Shown piece after piece: positions 25,926 to 36,983 of a stretch of 64,000 nt of DNA. The DNA lies in the NCBI RefSeq assembly GCF_006345805.1, contig NC_043004.1, positions 1,240,001 through 1,304,000 on the forward strand. The letters are read 5' to 3'. Made by a program: the position numbers and the translations under genes. Within the stretch, counting starts at the first letter, position 1. Each line of letters begins with the position of its first letter. Source of the DNA: Octopus sinensis (taxonomy: Eukaryota). The notes under the pieces were generated by a model. That model saw only the letters and a list, made by a program, of their open reading frames with translations, was not told the origin of the DNA and searched no databases.

Positions 25926-27569
25926 TCCCACCCATATTTACTCAGCTTGTGCCTTGTGAGACCTTTTGGGCACCTCACTGCCATTATCGCTTGCAACTCC
26001 TACTGATTATTTTCTTCCTTTCTTTCTCACTCAACCACTTTTTCTGACTAGATGTGAGTAACCATGCAGATCTTCACAACCAGGTGCCCTTCCTGTTACC
26101 AGTCATTATTGTAGCTTCTTACAACACAGAGGAAAACAGTGGTCCCTATTCTAAAACCCAGATACATATGACAAAATATTAACATGACCAGTTCGTATTT
26201 CTTTCCTTCGAGGTAAAAACAGGCACCATGAGGAAGTATGAATTTCCTGATGTAGGGATAGGCATAAAGAGTAGTTGACAGGTATTTTGTTGGTTCGTTG
26301 TGCTGTGTACAAATCCCAGAAAAAAAAGCAAAACCTATGCACCAAAAAAGAAACAATTGAAATAAAGACCAGAATAGTAACAACAGCAGAAATATTAATG
26401 GTTGCATCAGTTGTAGCTACAAGAAGAAATGCAGCAGCAATAATGGCTTCAAATTTTGGCACAAGGCCAGCAATTTTGGGAAAAAAGGGGTAAGTGGATT
26501 ACACTGACCCCAGTGCTTCTCAACTGGTACTTATTTTATCGACCCTGAAAATATGAAAGGCAAAGTTGACCTCAGTGAATTTGAACCCAGAATGTAAAGA
26601 GAAAGATGAAATGTTGCTTAGCATTTTGTCTGATGTGCTAACGAGTCTGCCAGCTCACTGCTTTGGATGTAGCAGTAGTAATAACAGGAAGAGCAGCAAA
26701 AGCTGCACATTTATCTGTCAATATATATGTGTATGTGTATGTGTGTGTGTGTGTGTGTGTGTGTATATGCATAAAAAAAAGCATAGTATAACAACCATTT
26801 TTCCATGAACCAGAAAATAATATTCTTATCATGAGGATAAGACTTCCAATTAAAATAAATCTTATGCTTGACATCTGGTTTCTTCACAGAACAAGAAATA
26901 AAGATTTTTAAGAGATGACGACTGCTGGAAACAAGAAGAAGAAGAAAACGAAGACAAGTTTGGAAGGAGAAAGGAATAATAGGAAGGAAAATAACAACAA
27001 TAACGAGATGAAGAAGAAAAGGAGGAGGAGGAGTTTCGAGTTTTTCTTGCAATCGAATGATTAAGAGAAACTGTGCTAAACAAGCTGTGTTTAAGTTAAA
27101 TGAAGATGGTGGCGAGGAGACGTCTGATAGTTAAACATACTTTGCAAATTGAGATCAAGAAACAGATGTATTTCAAATTGACAGTCGGCAGCTTAAGTTG
27201 CTCCCAAAGAAAATCTCCCAAGCTTGCCTTAATGCTTCTACTTTCTGCTATAGTTGCACATGTCGCACACAGCTGCCATTTGGTATCAATGTCAACGGTA
27301 TTGATTTATTTCCACTAGGCACAAAGTGAATGTTTCTAAGAGAGAGGTGAAGTGGGAACACCGACCGGAACCAACTCCTGTATGTATATTACTAGTGCTA
27401 CTAAACATGGAAGCACAAAGACTGTATGGTTGAGGAACCGGACTACAGATTGTATGCTCAGGAGTTTAAAACATTACAAAAGCCACTACTTTGCAACTGA
27501 ATGCTTACTTTAGTCTGGCTAAAAGAACAATTAGAATTTTTAAAAAAGGCTTCAATTCCTTTCTCACAA

Positions 27570-28065
27570 CAGAGCGGCTAACCGGCTTCCATGCCAGTGG
27601 CACACAAAAGGCACCATTCGAGTGTGATCGTTACCAGCGTCGCCTTACTGGCACTTGTGCCCGTGCTAGTAGGGTGTCAAGAGCACCATCCGAACGTGAT
27701 CGTTGCCAGAGCAGCCAACTGGCTTCCATACCAGTGGCACGTAAAAGGGCACCATTCGAGTGTGATCGTTACCAACGTCGCCTTACTGGCACCTCTGCTG
27801 GTGGCATGTATAAAAAGATTCGAGTGAGGTCATTGCCAGTACCGCCTGACTGGCCCCCGTGCCAGTTGCACGTAAAAAGCACCCACTACACTCTCGGAGT
27901 GGTTGGCATTAGGAAGGGCATTCAGCTGTAGAAACTTTGCCAGATCAGATTGGAGCCTGGTGCAGCCTCCTGGATCGCCAGCCCTCAGTCAAAATCGTCC
28001 AACCCATGCTAGCATGGAAAGCGGATGTTAAATGATGATGATGATGATGATAATGATGATGATGT
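27570..28065 (+). mobile_element. RTE 3' UTR fragment with subrepeats and (GAT)n tail
   Basis: Same tail family. Further copies lie at about 7490-7810, 8420-8630, 21470-21655, 22360-22678, 23150-23278, 32380-32525, 32770-33058, 36238-36660, 40675-41105, 42195-43070, 55325-55620, 62290-62445 and 62730-62900. Confidence 0.85.
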
Positions 28066-29847
28066 TAATGAGCAATTACTTAATACCCTGTACACTACAA
28101 GCCTGAAAGTGCAGGTGGTGGTAGACCAGCTGAAGTCATCCTTGATGAGAAAGTAAGATTTTGAGTCAATTAGGACTATGATATGAAGGACAAAAGAAAA
28201 AAAGTGTGTCATCTGGCAAGGAATCTTTTAAAAGGTTCTGAGCTGAACATGCTTGGGGACGATTGGGAGCACTTCTGGTCAAAAGGTCACATAAATTCTT
28301 GCCTTTTTTTAAAGACTCTTACAGTTCTCATTTCTTCAAAGAGAGCCAGACCAAAATGTCAAAACTCACTTCTCTCCACACCATACAATCTTATTCTATG
28401 AATCTTATTTTGACTAGATTTGAGATGAATTTCAATAAGAAGCTCTATAATCATCCGAATTAAGAGACTTGAGCACACTGCATCATCAATGACAACACTG
28501 CTTTTAATGAAGATCTGCAGAAAGCCACAGATGTTATGCAGTCTCATGTGATCTGACCCATTCTTCAAAGGTGTTATGTCTCTGTAAGAAATCAATAAAA
28601 TTTAAATTGAGAATCTTTGAATGTCTGTGAAAGCTATATTTCTATGTATGTTTAAACATGAGGCTGCAGTGGCAATGGGGTTAAGGTAAAAAAAACCTCT
28701 GACTTAAGAGACAGACCTTACCATAGCTACAATGTCATGCCTCAGGGAAAACCATGCAATTCTAATTCTGTTTGCCTTATGTTGCTGAACTGATAAATTG
28801 GGTTTCAATCTTGCTTAACAGTTGACTGGTTAATGTCTGCAAGGACATCCAACTGTGAAAATAAATGCACCAACCTCCCCCACTCAATTTAATTTAGCAT
28901 AGTTATATGGACAAGGTTAAAGAAAGGGAATTCTCATATCTTCATGAAAGCTTGCAGACTACCAGTATTCTTCTTAGGTTTTCATAGAATTGAGCAAATG
29001 AGAAACAGATCTGTCAAAAAAGAAATTGTAACTTTTTGGAAATGATCTACAGCACATTTTGGTTAGCTGGGTTATTGAAATAAGTGTATTGGCCACAGAG
29101 ATATCAATGCCATTGACAGGATTTGAACCCTTTATCCATTTCATACCTGACTGATTTAGCTATCTCAATTATCGCTCAGCTACTTTGCAAAATTTCATCT
29201 AAAAAAATAGCGAAATGTAATCAACTACGAAGAAACGTAATTATCTCTAGCAATGCAATTATCGTCACAGAAACACCTCATTGCAGATATACAGAAATGT
29301 AATTATACGGACATATTCCAACAATAAATATATTATCATTATCGTTGTTGTTATGATGTTTCAATGGGAGATGCACAGGATTGCAGTTTCTACCCTTCGT
29401 ATTGCTTTCAGTCTCTAACACCAAATGTCACAACCCGAATCAGTAACAACTCAACCGGACTGTAACATTCTCTCTCTAACGTCTTTGATGTTTTCTTGAA
29501 TGGGTAAAGGGGCCTCTGTACTTTGCAATTTTAAAGGCTACCGTGAGGAGGAAGTATTTTCAAGTTAGTATCAGAGGAGGAAACTTGATGGCAGGTTTTA
29601 ATGAAGCCATACAATTCTTGAGTGAAATGAACAGACGAAGTATAGCCAATGTGTTCTCTGGGGTGGTGGAGAGTGTGTGTAGTGGCAAGGGTGGTGGAAA
29701 TAGTGCAAACTAACCAATACCTTAAAAAAAAAACCCAGCAAAAAAGCTAATGAAAATATTGATGATATTGATCAAACTATTAAAAAGGCAGGATTTTTTT
29801 CTCTAATTATTAAATATCTAATTGTAGAAAATCAGAGAGCATCTCAC

Positions 29848-29941
29848 CATCAGCTTCTGTGTCAACGAAGATTGTGTGATTGTTCTTAATTTCATCGGCT
29901 GTGTCTAAAAGATGGAGCTCAGCAGTCAACCGTTTGATTTT
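29848..29941 (-). CDS. UTP11: UTP11 internal coding exon (94 nt, phase 0/1): KIKRLTAELHLLDTADEIKNNHTIFVDTEAD
   Basis: A long polypyrimidine tract ends in aatttccag|AAA and the donor is G|gtgag. The translation matches the UTP11 motif KIERLKSELHLL...HVFFFDT (recalled). Confidence 0.95.
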
Positions 29942-30555
29942 CTGGAAATTAAAAAGAAAAAAAATTGAAAAAAAAAAGAAAAGAAAAGAAAAAGCCAAAA
30001 ACGAACATGAAAGCGAATTAGAGGGATGCAGCTAATGTGTAGCCAAAGGAAGTATTGAATAGAATTCAATAATTCCAAATGATGTACTAATGGCAACAAT
30101 TATCAATTACAAAGCAAAATATTGATTTTGTTTGGCCTGGCACAAGGTCGATTTTTGTAAAGGAAAAGGCATAGTTGATTTAATTAACTACCAGTTTATT
30201 ACTGGTGGTTAATTTATCAATTGCGAAGAGATGAAAGGCAAAGTGGATTCAAGCAAGAATAGAACTCGGAACAGAAAGAGATGAAACTAACTACCATAAT
30301 AGATTTATTATCACGCTCTAGCATTGTTGCCAATTTGCTGGCCTTTACAATGTTAAAATAGTGACATTTTTTATGTGTAAAGGGTAAACGTCGACAAAGA
30401 AGGACAGCAGCTGATTTTTTTTATCAACCTGTAATATATTAGCTTATTCTATTAATTCAAGGAAAACTGAAAAGGAGAGTTGAACACTGAGTTGCCAGGT
30501 TAGATTCTGTAGAGTCTCTACTCAAACAACCAGGTCTTGTTTGGACCATTTTCTC

Positions 30556-30783
30556 TTAACCCTTTGGCATTCATATTACTCTGTCAAATATAATGCTTAT
30601 CTATTCCCATTGTTTTGAATTAATCTTGCATTACCTCATCGCTTTGAGATTTCAATGTTGTGATTGTTTATTTTTAGAATGACATTGTTGGGTAGGTGTG
30701 AGAGGCTGAACCTAGTCAGTTTGAACATAAAACGAATAGAGTAACCGGGCCAGATACGGTGGGTTTAGACGATAAAGGATTAA
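30556..30783 (+). mobile_element. piggyBac-like MITE family 2
   Basis: TTAACCCTTTGGCATTC...TAAAGGATTAA. A related shorter copy lies at ~31436-31608. Confidence 0.65.
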
Positions 30784-31000
30784 CCCTTTTGTTACTGTAT
30801 TTATTTTGAGATGCTCTGTATTTCTTTCAATTCTTTAAACACAACAAAGAATTTAGTAAAATAGCTTAGTTATCATTAAGTTGGTGTTAGGAACATAAAT
30901 TGTGACTAAGGTTTGGTGGAAGCTTTTAATTCAAAACTTATGAAAACAAGTCATTTGTACTCAGAGTCAGTTTCAGCTGGGTTTGTAACAAAAGGGTTAA
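30780..31000 (-). mobile_element. piggyBac-like MITE family 1 copy
   Basis: TTAACCCTTTTGTTAC...GTAACAAAAGGGTTAA, with internal identity to 1089-1317. Confidence 0.8.
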
Positions 31001-33894
31001 ACTAAATAATGATTTACTGTCACAAGCCACAAAGCCTCGAGGGCCTGTATATATAAGTGATCTAAGGTGTGTGTGTGAGGAAATTTAAGATCAACTTCCA
31101 GTAGAATATGAATTTAGAACAATGACACAGAAAACAGAGATATTACACAGGAGTCAACGCGATACCTTCTGTCTTGAACTTTAATATTATTTACACCAGC
31201 AAAATATTAAAAGGTAAGTTTTAAAGCCATCCATGGATAAACTTTATGGACATCAGCATAAAAATAAATTTCATTAATGAGTTCATTTTAAAGGTAGACA
31301 AGAATCCTCACACAACAAGGACAGGTTAGAGGCCAAACTTTATAACATTTAAAGAAAACTCAAGTAAGAGTAAAACTAAATGAAGCTGAATTATGAAACT
31401 ACATTTACAAACAAACAATTGGTTTGATAATTCCTTAATGACTTTAGCGTTCAGATTACTTTGTCAAATGTAATGCTTATTTACTCACACTGTTTTGAAT
31501 TAATTATGTGTTACCTTGTAGCTTTGAGAGTTGAGAGCTAGCTGGTTTGAGCATAAAACAGGTAGAATATTTGAGCCAGTTATGGCCGGTTTAAATGCTA
31601 AAGGGTTCATGTCTTTTACCAATTCTGGAAATCTGTGGTGGTGAGGGATAAAAGTGAGTGTGTGGAATCTAAGCAGTTTTTGGTGAGTAAAATAATAGGT
31701 TTGCAATTTGTTGACCGTAAGCATTCAAGTGGTTGTTCTGAATGTGGTGCAATAGCAGTGAGACAAATGGATGAGGATGGAGATGTATCAGGAGATACCC
31801 CACAATGCACAGTAGGGGTGAATATAAGCAGAACAGAGGGGACAGAAGGGGGATGTTACGTAAGAATGTAAGGGGAGAGGTTAGAGTTGGGGGAAGTGGT
31901 GACTGTGGCAAGTGATGGTGAGAGAAACTGGGGCCATGGTAGATATGTGAGGGCATGGAGAGTGGGTGTGGCAGAGTGGAGGGGCATGCAACTGTGATCA
32001 TGGGTGGGAGGGCAGGGTGTTGGGCAGATGGGTTGTTAAGGGAGTTTTGATGGAAGGTGGGGACACAGAATATGCATGTGGAGGCAGGGGTCTGGTCATA
32101 AAGGGTCTGCCTGTGTGACCTCGATTTCACTTAGCTTGACATGTCTTCTCAAGCACAGCAAATCATCATTTGCCTTGGTCCCTTGTTATCTCTTCCCTGA
32201 GATACAGCAACTGTAAACCTTTCTCACCACTTCATCCATGTCTTCCACGGGTTCCCTCCATCATCAGAGATCATTGCTTCATTATGCAGCTGTCCCCATC
32301 CATATGCATCACATGGGTCTAGTGGTCAGGATTCTACGCTCTCACAGCAGCGCTGGGGATCGATTCCCCGCTTGGGATATGGCTATTTATTGGTGTTAGG
32401 AAGGGCATCAAGCTGTAGAAACTCTGCCAGATCAGATTGGAGCTTGGTGCAGCCATCTGGTTCGCCAGTCCTCAATAAATCTTCCAACCCATGCTAGCAT
32501 GGAAAGCTAAACAATGATGATGATGATAAGGTAAATAAGTATGTGCCTGTGTGTATAAATTGCTTCTGAACCCTTTCCCTTTTGTTTGTTTCAAATTCAG
32601 ATGTTTATTATTGCTGAGTTGGGGGAATTGAGGTCTGGAACATGCTTTTCTTGTAGCTTGCCTCTGGTTGAAGTGGTGTGAAGATCTGAAGACATGCCTA
32701 GTCATGCTTGTGTCTTATGGGAAACTCATCTTCTCAAGGCTACCATGCTACATGGACATCAAAGAGAAAACCACCAACTGATCGTGGCCGTTGCCAGCCT
32801 CCCCTGGCACCTGTGCTGGTGGCACGTAAAAAGCACAACCAATTGTGGCCGTTGCCAGCCTCACCTGGCCCCTGTGCTGGTGGCACGTAAAAAGCACCTA
32901 CTACACTCACGGAGTGGTTGGCGTCAGGAAGGGCATCCAGCTGTAGAAACACTGCCAGATCAGACTGGAGCCTGGTGCAGCCTCCTGGTTTCCCAGACCC
33001 CAGTAAAACCGTCCAACCCATGCTAGCATGGAAAGCGGACGTTAAACGATGATGATAATGTTAAAGAATTTCAGATTAACAGGAAATTTTTATGACAGCA
33101 ATGTTTGTGCAATAAGAGGAAGGCCTGCACACACACAAAAAGATACATATATTGTATTGTGTGACATAAAAATTTAGAAACGAACATATATAGACATTAA
33201 ATACACATTTCATTTACATTTGTCTTTGAAGGTAAACAAAACTATTGAGTTCGAAAACCCCTCTTCATCAGTTACAAGTTATTGATCAAATATTCTTCCG
33301 AGTTCCACCGTGATGACAGTATAGCTTTATGGATTTTCCAAAACTTTTCACCTCCAAGAGAAGACTGCTGTGATTAGCATCTCTCTCTCTTTCTCGCTTC
33401 GCTAATGATGAGTCATTTTTAATGACAAAAGCATAATTGGTATGGGGCGTATTAAAAGTTCATATTGATTTTTAATATATAAATGTCTAGATATATATTT
33501 TTGTGCCACGAGATCACACTAATTATGGTCTTGTCTTGTGCACTGAGCTCTCTCTTAACTAACGTATGGAGATATGTACCACGGTATAATTTTTGTGTGA
33601 TGTTCAGTTTTAGCTCTCAAATGAATTTCACATGATCAAGCACTTTGCCATGTGTGACGATTAACAAAATTGTTTAGTTCGACACTTGGCTCACTTACAA
33701 ATTATCAGCTGAGAATTCTCAATTCTATGGTGATGACCAAGGAGTGATGTGCAATTTCTCAAAGTTTCCACACGAGGACTGCTGATGCTGGTTGTTATCC
33801 TTCCACTTGTAGCTTCCTGTCAGTACTGATGCCACATAAAAAGGCACCTGTGCCTGTGCCATGTAAAAAGCACCCAGCACACTCTCTTTTACTC

Positions 33895-34285
33895 TTTTAT
33901 TTGTTTCAGTCATGTGACTGTGGCCATGCTGGAGCAATGTCTTTGGTCGAGCAAATCGACCCCAGGACTTATTCTTTGTAAGCCTAGTACTTATTCTATC
34001 GGTCTCTTTTGCCGAACCGCTAAGTTACGGGGATGTAAACACACCAGCATCGGTTGTCAAGCGATGTTGGGGGGACAAACACAGACACACACATACACAT
34101 ATATATATATATGCATGTATACGATGGGCTTCTTTCAGTTTCCATCTACCAAATCCACCCACAAGTTTTTGGTCGGCCCGAGGCTATAGTAGAAGACACT
34201 AGGCCAAGGTGTCACGCAGTGGGACTGAACCCGGAACCATGTGGTTGGTAAGCAAGCTACTTACCACACAGCCATTCCTGCGCCT
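33895..34285 (-). mobile_element. Abundant tRNA-headed SINE with an internal (TA/CA)n tract, full-length copy
   Basis: Minus-strand head ggcgcagga.tggctgtgtggtaag...ggttccgggttcagtcccactgcg and 3' end gtcacatgactgaaacaaataaaag. Other copies lie at ~6585-6885, 7080-7412, 7970-8103, 12405-13005, 34735-35100, 45115-45478, 47825-47960 and 61380-61742. Confidence 0.85.
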
Positions 34286-35106
34286 ATAAACTGATTCCTG
34301 CTCTGTAAACTGATTAGTATTATGAAGGGCATCCCCACCATAAAAACTAAACCAAAACACACGACTGGAACCTGATGCAGCCTTCCAGCTTGCTAGCTCT
34401 AGCTTAACCATCCAAACCATGTCAGCTTGGAAAGCGGATATTAAACGACGATGATGATGATAATGTTCATCACCATCATCGTCACCGACAGTTTCTGAAT
34501 AAGGTACTATTGCTGCATGGCTAGATGTGTTTTTCATAGAAGACTGGAAATGAACAGCCTCACTAGTATAATGATGGTGCTGATTTACAACACCAGTCTG
34601 CACAGCTGAAAGAATTAGTGGCCCTGTTGTCGCATCCCTGATGTTGGTCTACATCTAGAAAAAGAGAGTTGTCTGCTTATGATGAATGAAACACTGAAAA
34701 CAAATTATTGGGCAAATAATACATGTGTGTGTTCTTTTCTTTTATTCTTTCATTTGTTTCAGTTATTTGACTGCGGTCATGCTGGAGCATCACCTTTAGT
34801 CGAACAAATTGACACCAGGACATTTTCTTTGTAAGCCTAGTACTTATTCTAGCTAAGTTGCAGGATGTAAACACATCAGCATCAGTTGTCAAGCGATGGT
34901 GGGGGAACAAACATCGACACACAAACACACATATATATATACACAACAGGATTCTTTTGGTTTCTGTCAACCAGATCCACTCACAAGGCTTTTATCGGCC
35001 CGAGACTATAGTAGAAGACACTTGCCCAAGGTACCATGCAGTGGGACTGAACCCAGAATTGCACCGGTGGGAAGCAAGCTTCTTACCACACAGTCACCCC
35101 TGTATG

Positions 35107-35137
<31 letters not shown>

Positions 35138-35145
<8 letters not shown>

Positions 35146-35347
35146 TCTAGTATGGAATTTATAAATACTTAATACATCGCTACACACATTCCCACAAATC
35201 ACATGATTTTAACATCAGAGTCCGTATCCTGTAATCTGTACAGTAATCATCCCAAAGAAACCAACTCTGATGTTAAAATCATGTGATTTGAGGTAACGTA
35301 TGTAGTGATGTATTAAATATTTATAAATTCCATCCTAGAATTATTAT
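35138..35347. repeat. Inverted repeat with ~83-bp arms
   Basis: ataattctag.atggaatttataaata...aacatcagagt / actctgatgtt...ctagaattat. Confidence 0.85.
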
Positions 35348-35483
35348 CATTATTATATTTATCCTAACATGATGCAACCCCAAAAAACTGACATACTCAT
35401 CAGTATCATTAGACTGTAACCGGCATAATGAAACCGGAGCTTTATTTGCATACCTTTAACGTTACTATAAACGAATTCAAAAG

Positions 35484-35530
<47 letters not shown>

Positions 35531-35533
<3 letters not shown>

Positions 35534-35835
35534 CGTGATCACGTGACCGACCAGGCTATCAGATGTTGCTACACATTACTGGTCACAATGCGCTTCACAT
35601 TGTTTTAGCCTTTAAGTGATGCCACCCTGCTGGCTAAGCGAGCAGGCCAACAGAAGAAAGAGTGAGAGAAAGTTGTGCGAAAGAGTATAGCAGGGATCGC
35701 CACCACCCCCTGCTGGAGCTTCATGAAGCTTTAGGTGTTTTCGGTCAATAAACATTCACAATGCCCGGTCTGGGAATTGAAACCGCGATCCTACGACCAC
35801 GAGTCCGCTGCCCTAACCATTGGACCATTGCGCCT

Positions 35836-35838
<3 letters not shown>
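35531..35838 (-). mobile_element. tRNA-derived SINE inserted in (TA)n, first of two identical tandem copies
   Basis: The minus-strand head tggaggcgcaatggtccaatggttagggcagcggactc...ggtttcaattccc carries A/B-box-like motifs. It is homologous to 57367-57669. Confidence 0.85.
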
Positions 35839-35890
<52 letters not shown>

Positions 35891-35893
<3 letters not shown>

Positions 35894-36195
35894 CGTGATC
35901 ACGTGACCGACCAGGCTATCAGATGTTGCTACACATTACTGGTCACAATGCGCTTCACATTGTTTTAGCCTTTAAGTGATGCCACCCTGCTGGCTAAGCG
36001 AGCAGGCCAACAGAAGAAAGAGTGAGAGAAAGTTGTGCGAAAGAGTATAGCAGGGATCGCCACCACCCCCTGCTGGAGCTTCATGAAGCTTTAGGTGTTT
36101 TCGGTCAATAAACATTCACAATGCCCGGTCTGGGAATTGAAACCGCGATCCTACGACCACGAGTCCGCTGCCCTAACCATTGGACCATTGCGCCT

Positions 36196-36198
<3 letters not shown>
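35891..36198 (-). mobile_element. Second, apparently identical copy of the same SINE (360-bp period)
   Basis: Base-for-base repeat of 35531-35838 by eye. Confidence 0.85.
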
Positions 36199-36236
<38 letters not shown>

Positions 36237-36774
36237 ACATCATCATCATTTAATGTCCGTTGTCCATGCTAGCATGAGTTGGACAGTTGACCAGGGCTGG
36301 CAGCTGAAAGGCTGCATTAGACTCCAGTCTGATTTGGCATGGTTATCTACATCTGGATGCTCTTCCTAATGCCAACCACTCCAAAAGAGTAATGCGTACT
36401 TTTACGTACCACCAGCACGCGTGCCATTTGTGTGACACCGGTATCTGCCATGACTGATTTTGTTTGGCTTGGTAGGGCTTCTTCTCAAGCATGACATAAT
36501 GCCAAAGTTCTTGGTCATTGCCTCCATGGAACCCATCATCATTTAATGGTCATCTTCCATGTTGGCATGGCAGTTTGACAGGAGTGGGTAAACAGGAAGA
36601 CTGTACCAAGCCCTACTGTCAGCTTTTAAATGGTTTCTATGGCTGGATGTCCTAATACAAACTATATTACAGTGTGTACTAGGCATGTTTTATGGCACAC
36701 AAGCATTTATGTTTCGTACATATATAATATGATGCTTATTTAATGTTAATTGAATTACTTAATATAGGTTTTAG

Positions 36775-36960
36775 CACCTGGGAGAAATGCTTAGCGGAAT
36801 TTTGTCTGTCTTCACATTCTGAGTTCAAATTCCACCAAGGTTGACTTTGCCTTTCATCCTTTGAGGCTTGATAAATTAGGTACCAGTTGCGTACTGGGGT
36901 CGATCAAATCGACTGGTCCCCTCACCCAAAATGTCGGGCCTTGTGCTTAGAGTAGAAAAG
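36775..36960 (+). mobile_element. Nin/Deu-like SINE copy
   Basis: ttcaaattccaccaaggttgactttgcctttcatcctttgagg...gataaattaggtaccagttg. Confidence 0.75.
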
Positions 36961-36983
36961 AATACATACAGATATGTGTGTGT

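Noticed and set aside
26150-26305. Minus-strand exon-like ORFs (HNEPTKYL.../QRTNKIPV...)
   Set aside because: There is no clear donor and no recognisable homology, so it is indistinguishable from chance.
33250-33280. CTGATGA-A-GAG..TTTC-GAAC on the minus strand
   Set aside because: Helix II is weak, GAAC replaces GAAA, helix I/III are absent, and it is a single occurrence.
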